Assembly: GCA_017501545.1 (NCBI GenBank)
Contig: JAFVWS010000044.1
Span: 10,240 to 74,239, forward strand
DNA: 64,000 bases
Origin: Clostridia bacterium
Lineage (GTDB): Bacteria; Bacillota; Clostridia; Oscillospirales; CAG-272
Direction: 5' to 3'
Shown here: one piece after another, positions 57,147 to 64,000 of the stretch
How positions within the stretch are numbered: the first letter of the stretch is position 1
How the letters are laid out: every line of letters starts with the position of its first letter
Notes under the pieces: model-generated
What the model was told of the DNA's origin: nothing
Seen by the model: the letters and a program-made list of their open reading frames with translations, nothing else
Databases searched by the model: none
Position numbers and translations under genes: made by a program

Positions 57147-60100
57147 ATGAAAAAATTTATCGCGCTTACATTGACAGTTTTAGCATTAATCACTTTAGTG
57201 GTTGCTCTTTCAGCATGTAACACCTGCGAGCATGAGTATGGTGAGTGGACAGTCACCACCGAGGCAACGTGCAATAAGGCAGGACAAAGAGAAAGGGTGT
57301 GCCTAAGCTGTGGAGAAAAGGAAACACAGGAAATTAAGGTAACAAGCACCCACACCTATGGTGAGTGGGAGACTATCACTGCACCAAGCTGTGTAGCAAA
57401 GGGAGAGGAAAAAAGAGTATGCTCCGTTTGTGGCGACACAGAGAAAAAGGAGATAGCTATAAATGAAAATGGCCACAGCTTCGGTGAGTGGAACGTAATA
57501 AGAGAGGCAACATGCTCTCGTCAGGGTGAAAAGGAAAGGACCTGCTCACTTTGTGACACAACCGAAAAGGTTATTATAAAGAAGCCCACTGAGGGCGGAC
57601 ACACATATGGAGAATGGCAGATTAGCATAGAGCCAACCTGCTCAAAGGAAGGACAAAGAGTAAAGCTTTGTAAGGATTGTGAATCTCCGGTATATGAAAC
57701 GCTTTCACCACTTGATGAGGGAGGACACTCCTACGGAGAGGGCTACATCACAAAGGACCCAACGTGCGTTGGCGAGGGCGAAATGACCTACGACTGCGTA
57801 TATTGTGATGAAAAGAAAACAGAGGTAGTTGCTCCACTTGAGGACGGAGGACACTCTTTTGGCGAATGGACCGTTTCAGTTGAGCCTACCTGCTCAACAG
57901 AGGGTGAAAAGAAAAGACAATGCGGTCTTTGCCAAAGCTTTGAGATTGAGACTCTATCCCCACTTGACGAGGGTGGACACGCGTTTGGCGACTGGGTAAT
58001 TACCATACGTCCAACCTGCGACACTGAGGGCGAAGAAAAGCGTGAGTGTGGTCTTTGCGAGGAGTTTGAGACACAAGTGGTTGACAAGCTTCCGGTAGTA
58101 TATACAATTACAGTAAGCTCTGATGAAAGCACGTGGGTTGTTAATATACCAGAGGACGGAATTTATTCACTCTCTGCGCCAACAAAGCTTGGCTATACCT
58201 TTACCGGCTGGTTTGATGGCGAAAACAGCTTCCCAGCTGATGGTATGGTGACTGAAAGCAAGGAAATCACAGCAAGATTTGAACTAACTCCAACACTTAC
58301 CTTTAGTGAGCTTAAGGCAAGAATCGAGGGTGGAGTTGACAAGATTTTACTTGGCGATAATATCACCTTAACAGATACAATTTACGTAACTAAGGAAACA
58401 ACAATTACATCAAATGGTGATTATACACTTACAAGAAGCGCAGACTTCCTTGGCGACCTATTTATAATGGGTGAGGATGAGACAGGCAGAAACGTAATCC
58501 TTTCAGGCGACAAGGCTATAATCACAATTAAGCCAGAGGAAGGCAAGACAATTACAATTGACGGTAACAGAGATAACGTTACGGGAGCTGTAAAGGGCTC
58601 AGTATTCTTTATGCTCAATGGCTCTGTGCTTAATATCTACGACGGCGTAGCTATTAAAAACAACCTAAAGCTTGGCAATGAGAAGATTCTTGACCCAAGA
58701 TATGCAGTTGCAGACAACACACTAATCGGTGGTAGCGTTGCAATCATTGACGATGGTACTTTCAATATGTACGGTGGTGAGATTTCAAATAACGCAGTTA
58801 ACCTAAAATACGCATCATCTACTCCAGAGGAGGAAAGGGTAGAGGGCTATCGTGATTCAAGCTACGGTGGCGCTATTTACTCAGTAGGTGCAATCAACGT
58901 TTATGGTGGCTTATTTGACTCTAACGAGGCAAGCTATGGCGGTGCTATCTTCAGCACACGTACGCTAAATATCCAAGCTGGTACGATTAGCAACAACTAT
59001 GCATCCTCATATGGTGGTGCGATATTCGGTAGCAACAACGGAAGCATGATTAACTACATCGGCTCCGACGAGGGCGACAAGAAGGAAATCAAGGTTATCT
59101 TTAGTGGCAACAGCGCTAAGGGTGGCGGTGCGATTTATCAGCAATACAACAACGCAACAGTAATTTATGGTAACACCTTGTTTGAGGACAATAAGGCGCT
59201 TGGTAAAAACGGTGGCGCTATGTCAACTGGTGGCGAATTAATAATTTACTATGCAGAGTTTAAAAACAATATAGCAGCAGACCGTGGTGGCGCACTATAC
59301 GGCACATATTCTGAAGCTGAAAAGGCAGTACGCGTTATTGATATCAAGGAGGCGCTATTTGAGGGCAACTCTGCAGCACGTGGTGGTGCTCTTGGTGCAT
59401 CAGCTACAGCTGACGCTGAGGAGTCAGGCGCAATTATTGAGCTTGGTAACGTAACCTTTAAAAATAACACAGTATTTAAAACAGAATCCTCAACCCCAAC
59501 GTTTATCGACAACGTTGACAGAGAGGGAGTAGAAAGAAACTATAATGGTAATGGTGCAGTTGCGCACTTTACCGCAAAATGTGAGCTTCATCTATATGGC
59601 AACGTAGTGTTTGAGGGCAACGTGGCTCCATCTAAGGGTGGTGCGCTATACCTTACAAATCAAGCAAAGGTTAAGTCAATTGAGGGCGCACAAATCACCT
59701 TCATCAAAAATGAAAGTGGCTCATATGGTGGCGCAATTTACGCAACTAATAATTCCGAAGTTAACCTAAGCGATGCTACGTTTGAAGAAAACAGTGGCTA
59801 TCGTGGTGGTGCAATTACAGCACTTGGTGGCTCTGTTGTAACACTAAATAACGTTAACGCTATAGCTAATACATCAAGCAGTGCAGGTGGCTTTGCTTAC
59901 CTTGAGCTTTCAGAAATTAGCATAACTGGAGAAAGCAAGCTTGTAAATAACGAGGCAACAGGCTCAAGCGCTGGTGTATTCTACCTCGAGGGCTCAAAGC
60001 TTAGCCTAACAGGTAGTGAGGGCACGCCTATTGTAATTTCAGGCAATGCTTCAAAATCACAGGGTGGTGTAGTTTGCGCATACATTGCGACAGTTACAAC

Positions 60101-62345
60101 GACTACGACTGATGAATCAACCGGCGAAACAACAGAATCAACAGAAACAATTAGGTCAAATATTACTGTTAACTACGTAAGCTTTGATTCTAACAAGGCA
60201 AATGCTTCTACACAATATGGTGGTGGTGCAATTTATGCATCGAGCACAGATGTAACAATTGACAATTCAGTATTTAATGCAAATGAGGCTGTATATGGTG
60301 GTGCAATTTCGCTTTACTCAGGCGCAGTATTAACCGCATCTAACACTTCATTTACAAACAACACAGCAGATGCAAATGGTGGTGTTATGTACACCTCTAA
60401 GTCCACAGCGACCTTTGAAAATATAATAGTAAATGGCAATAAGGTAACTGGCTACGATACTGAAGAAACCGTGACCGACGAGGAAACAGGCGAAACAACA
60501 ACCACTACTGTTCACATAGACGGCAATGGTGGTGCGTTCTTCTTCAACTCAAGCTCAGAGGCAACCTTTAGTGGAGTAAGCGCAAATGGCAACACTGCTG
60601 AATATGGTGGATTCATTGTTATCGGAAACAAAGCAAGTGTGACTGTTAGTGGTGGCACAAACGAGTTTACTGAAAACACAGCAAGCAAAAATGGCGGTGC
60701 GTTCTTTGTAGGCGAGAATACAAGCTTGACACTAACTGGCATCAAGGCAAGTGGAAACACAGCAGAAAATGGTGGTGCAATTTATGTTAATGAGGCAACA
60801 CTATTTACAGTCAACGGTGATAAAAACGAATTTATAGAAAACATCGGTACATCTGAAAGTGACCAATATGGTGCAGGCGCAATTTATATCTACAAGACAC
60901 AAGCAACCATTTCAAATACAGTATTTGACAAAAATACAGGTAACTGTGGTGGCGCAGTAGGTATAAGGGCTACAAGCGCGGGCGTTGAGTTTAATAGCTG
61001 TACGTTTACAGATAACGAGGGCGCAGGCACAGGTGGTACGTTCTACCTTAACACCTCAACAGTTACAATTAATAATTCTATCGTAACTGGTAGCGTATCA
61101 GGCAAAAACGGTGGTGCAATCTACTCAACAACTGGTACAGTTAATACAAACAACTCTATTTTTAGGTCAAATAGTGCTGTTGGCAACTACGGTGGTACAT
61201 TCTATATGACAAAGACCACATATAACTCTAAGGGCGACACCTTTGAATCAAACACTGCAAAGAATGGTGGCGCGATTGCAATTAACTCAAATTCAGTTGC
61301 AACAGTAATTGGCTCTAACTTCAAGACCAATACGGCAACCGGCAACGGTGGTGCAATTTGGTTAGGTAGCAAGTCACTTGACATTACATCAAGCGAAATA
61401 AGTGGCAACACAGCTAACCTCGGTGGTGGTATCTTCGTAACAGGCGCATCTACAACCTTAGTAGGTAATGAGTTAACAGTTGCATCTAACGAGGCAACCG
61501 AAAATTCAGAAAATGGTTACGGTGGAGGTATCCATATTACAGCTGGCGCAACCGTTACAATTACTGACCTCACCTTAAATAATAATACTGCACCATATGG
61601 TGGTGGTATTGCCTTGCTTGAAGGTAGCACACTTACAATTAATGGTATTAGTGCAAAGGGCAATGAGGCAACAGGCTATACAACCACTGATGACGCTGGC
61701 ACTGTAACCATAAATAAAGGTAATGGTGGTGCTATCAACGCAGGAGAGGGCTCACTAACAATTGGTAAGGGCACAAAGATTTTATCTAACGTCTTTGAAG
61801 AAAACGTTGCAAACTCTGGTGGTGGCGCAATCTATATCTACAACACAGCAACCACGTTTGTAGCAAACGAAATTGTTGCAACCTCAAACGAGGCAACAAA
61901 TGACCGTGGTGGTGCGCTATATCTAAGAGGCGCAGACGTGAAAATTGATATTGGCACACTTACCTTGACAGACAACAGCGCTAAGGGCTATGCAGGTGGT
62001 GCTTACTTCTACGCCTTCAAGGGTGGCAAGGTTGGCACAATTGTGGCTAATGGCAACTCATCAAAGGCAAATGGTGGTGCAATTTATATTGCAGGTAGCG
62101 CAGAGCTAACTATTGATAGCCTAAGTGGTGAAGGTAATACTACAACAGCAAACGGTGGCTTGGCATATATCACAACAAGTACAACAACTATCAAGAGTGG
62201 TAATATAGGTGAAAATACAGACAAGAGTGGATATTCGTTATATCTTTTGGCTAATGTAACTGTTTATGATGGCAAATTCACTTATCTTGAGGGCACTGTA
62301 AACGACGAAGCAAAGCTAATTAAGGTTGCAGAGCCAACTGCTTAA
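57147..62345 (+). CDS. 1732-aa lipoprotein with His/Cys repeats and Pmp-like (GGAI/FxxN) beta-helix repeats
   Basis: Lipobox LSAC, seven HxxGEW...C...CxxC repeats, an InlB-B-repeat-like GYTFTGWF, then many FxxNxA...GGA(I/L/F) units. Confidence 0.85.
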   Translation: MKKFIALTLTVLALITLVVALSACNTCEHEYGEWTVTTEATCNKAGQRERVCLSCGEKETQEIKVTSTHTYGEWETITAPSCVAKGEEKRVCSVCGDTEKKEIAINENGHSFGEWNVIREATCSRQGEKERTCSLCDTTEKVIIKKPTEGGHTYGEWQISIEPTCSKEGQRVKLCKDCESPVYETLSPLDEGGHSYGEGYITKDPTCVGEGEMTYDCVYCDEKKTEVVAPLEDGGHSFGEWTVSVEPTCSTEGEKKRQCGLCQSFEIETLSPLDEGGHAFGDWVITIRPTCDTEGEEKRECGLCEEFETQVVDKLPVVYTITVSSDESTWVVNIPEDGIYSLSAPTKLGYTFTGWFDGENSFPADGMVTESKEITARFELTPTLTFSELKARIEGGVDKILLGDNITLTDTIYVTKETTITSNGDYTLTRSADFLGDLFIMGEDETGRNVILSGDKAIITIKPEEGKTITIDGNRDNVTGAVKGSVFFMLNGSVLNIYDGVAIKNNLKLGNEKILDPRYAVADNTLIGGSVAIIDDGTFNMYGGEISNNAVNLKYASSTPEEERVEGYRDSSYGGAIYSVGAINVYGGLFDSNEASYGGAIFSTRTLNIQAGTISNNYASSYGGAIFGSNNGSMINYIGSDEGDKKEIKVIFSGNSAKGGGAIYQQYNNATVIYGNTLFEDNKALGKNGGAMSTGGELIIYYAEFKNNIAADRGGALYGTYSEAEKAVRVIDIKEALFEGNSAARGGALGASATADAEESGAIIELGNVTFKNNTVFKTESSTPTFIDNVDREGVERNYNGNGAVAHFTAKCELHLYGNVVFEGNVAPSKGGALYLTNQAKVKSIEGAQITFIKNESGSYGGAIYATNNSEVNLSDATFEENSGYRGGAITALGGSVVTLNNVNAIANTSSSAGGFAYLELSEISITGESKLVNNEATGSSAGVFYLEGSKLSLTGSEGTPIVISGNASKSQGGVVCAYIATVTTTTTDESTGETTESTETIRSNITVNYVSFDSNKANASTQYGGGAIYASSTDVTIDNSVFNANEAVYGGAISLYSGAVLTASNTSFTNNTADANGGVMYTSKSTATFENIIVNGNKVTGYDTEETVTDEETGETTTTTVHIDGNGGAFFFNSSSEATFSGVSANGNTAEYGGFIVIGNKASVTVSGGTNEFTENTASKNGGAFFVGENTSLTLTGIKASGNTAENGGAIYVNEATLFTVNGDKNEFIENIGTSESDQYGAGAIYIYKTQATISNTVFDKNTGNCGGAVGIRATSAGVEFNSCTFTDNEGAGTGGTFYLNTSTVTINNSIVTGSVSGKNGGAIYSTTGTVNTNNSIFRSNSAVGNYGGTFYMTKTTYNSKGDTFESNTAKNGGAIAINSNSVATVIGSNFKTNTATGNGGAIWLGSKSLDITSSEISGNTANLGGGIFVTGASTTLVGNELTVASNEATENSENGYGGGIHITAGATVTITDLTLNNNTAPYGGGIALLEGSTLTINGISAKGNEATGYTTTDDAGTVTINKGNGGAINAGEGSLTIGKGTKILSNVFEENVANSGGGAIYIYNTATTFVANEIVATSNEATNDRGGALYLRGADVKIDIGTLTLTDNSAKGYAGGAYFYAFKGGKVGTIVANGNSSKANGGAIYIAGSAELTIDSLSGEGNTTTANGGLAYITTSTTTIKSGNIGENTDKSGYSLYLLANVTVYDGKFTYLEGTVNDEAKLIKVAEPTA

Positions 62346-62355
62346 AGGAGATTAA

Positions 62356-64000
62356 ATGAAAACGATAAACAAAAGAATCATATCCTTGCTTCTTTGCGCT
62401 TTCATTTTAATGGGAACTATTTTTACAGCATGTGCGTGTGGAAATAAGTCATCGGACACCTCGTCCGATGACACCTCCACAGGTGACACTAACATAGGGG
62501 ACAACACAAACAAGCCAGAGGGTGGAGAAAAGCCTGAGGGTGGCGAGGATAACACCAAGCCAGACGAGGGAGAAACAAAGCCTGAGGAGGACAAGCCCCT
62601 TTCAATTGATGAGCAAAACAAGCGCGACGAGGTTATTTCCGTAAAGGATAATAACTATTTAAGCCGTGGCGAGGTCGTTTATGAAGATATAAACGGCAAG
62701 GACGTTACAGTTTATACCTCGTTTCGTGTAAAGGGTGAGGTACAAAAGAACCCTAACTTTGCGCAAATTCAAATGGTGTGGCAGGCTATAAAATACAAGG
62801 ACAAGTATCCAGATAAGGACGTTTACGTAACCTTAACCTCATATCGTCTTTCAGGCACGCTTGCAGGCTGTCTTGACGAGGAAAGCCCCGAGTATGGCGA
62901 CTTAAAATGCCTATATTCCGGCGACTACGATGAGGAAACTGGCTACTATCGTCTTAGCTACCTTCTTTGTGAGGCAGCAAGAAAGGGCATTTACGTGACC
63001 GTAATCGGCCACGCAAACGCAAGCTCAGTTAAGATAAATGAAACAAAGAAAAAGGGCGACGAGCCATTTTATACATACTTCTCAAAGCACCTAAACGACC
63101 CATGCTACATTGAGGGCAAGGTTATTTCTGACTATATGGTTATGCAAAAGTCAAAGTGGACGCTTGACAAGGGTGGCACAGATATGATGCACCTTAAGTC
63201 CTGCACTGTTTCTAACTATATAGACAGGGACGGAAACGACAGGGGCACAGCAGTATGGCTTGGCTGTACAAACGTTGACGGCGTTGACTACCTTGGAAGA
63301 AATGGACTTGACTACGTCCAAAGTGGAGCTGTTATTTGCGACCACGATGAGATTTATAGGGTGACCTATAACTTTACTCAGCTAATGGCACAGTATGACG
63401 AGCAGGAGGAAATTTTAGTATTCCGTCGCTTGGCACAGTGCAGGGCAACTGACCAAATTAACCTAATCAAGGCGGGCAGAGGGGACGAAATCCCATATGA
63501 CGAGCAAATTGTTTATATCGGCACGGAAAGCGACAAGGTCTTTGAGCTTTACTTTACACCACTTGGTGGCGAGGCAAGCGTTTGGGACACGGAGTATAAC
63601 CCATACTGCAAGTATATAACAAAGCTTGTTAACTCCCCAGATGACGACGGCTATATTGAGTTCCTTTGGAACAATCCTAAATATGGCGTAAAGGGCTTTA
63701 GCGTTGGCAAGATTATTCTTGATATCTTAGCTGTAAAATTCCTTGAAAGTGGGAACCCTGAAAACAACCTACATATTCAAATTCCAGGCCCTGATTACTC
63801 AACCTTTGATGACTTGAAGGAAGGGGAAAATATAGGAGTCAAGGCGCTTAATAGATATAGGTCAAGAAACTATCACTCAAAGGATGTTCAAATGACCTAC
63901 GTTGAGGACGGCGTAAGATATTACGTAACACTCTTTAATTCCCTTAATATGCACGAGGGAGCAATGTTCTTCCAAACTAACTCAATTCTTGTGGTTAAGG
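62356..64000 (+). CDS. Phospholipase D-like lipoprotein, 3'-partial (absent from the ORF track)
   Basis: ATG at 62356 with AAGGAG RBS and lipobox FTAC. I translated it open to the window end: EAARKGIYV, HLK...LGCTN (63190 onward) and HSK...NSLN (63874 onward). Confidence 0.7.
   Translation, partial: MKTINKRIISLLLCAFILMGTIFTACACGNKSSDTSSDDTSTGDTNIGDNTNKPEGGEKPEGGEDNTKPDEGETKPEEDKPLSIDEQNKRDEVISVKDNNYLSRGEVVYEDINGKDVTVYTSFRVKGEVQKNPNFAQIQMVWQAIKYKDKYPDKDVYVTLTSYRLSGTLAGCLDEESPEYGDLKCLYSGDYDEETGYYRLSYLLCEAARKGIYVTVIGHANASSVKINETKKKGDEPFYTYFSKHLNDPCYIEGKVISDYMVMQKSKWTLDKGGTDMMHLKSCTVSNYIDRDGNDRGTAVWLGCTNVDGVDYLGRNGLDYVQSGAVICDHDEIYRVTYNFTQLMAQYDEQEEILVFRRLAQCRATDQINLIKAGRGDEIPYDEQIVYIGTESDKVFELYFTPLGGEASVWDTEYNPYCKYITKLVNSPDDDGYIEFLWNNPKYGVKGFSVGKIILDILAVKFLESGNPENNLHIQIPGPDYSTFDDLKEGENIGVKALNRYRSRNYHSKDVQMTYVEDGVRYYVTLFNSLNMHEGAMFFQTNSILVVK

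Overview
A gene-dense chromosomal window from a low-GC Gram-positive anaerobe (Clostridia-like, inferred from the T-box-controlled pheST, sigma-A promoters and many lipoproteins). There is no phage, integrase, transposase, reverse transcriptase or CRISPR array. Housekeeping content: an EF-G paralog, pncC, tRNA-Thr(CGU), rsmA, T-box-pheS-pheT, ddl (frameshifted), murD, a cysteine desulfurase, a ribokinase and an aquaporin. Glycan enzymes: divergent GH95 and GH29 fucosidases, a DUF4091 protein and a GH2. Also present: a MoxR-DUF58-vWA-vWA cluster followed by two large lipoproteins, HtrA with an OmpR-type two-component pair, three tandem M42 peptidases, OadB with an unusual zinc-ribbon/OadG-like partner, a 1732-aa Pmp-like beta-helix lipoprotein, and a PLD-like lipoprotein missed by the ORF track. 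The most unusual signals are intergenic. (1) A family of 320-365 bp 'comb' elements shares an identical 28-nt terminal hairpin and the same architecture, but the internal repeat word is swapped in concert in each copy; two copies sit in the loops of intrinsic terminators. (2) A DUF559 endonuclease gene is bracketed by REP-like inverted repeats and lies between the histidine kinase and a second, synonymously diverged copy of the kinase 3' end; a 20-nt copy of the same kinase end lies between two of the repeats.
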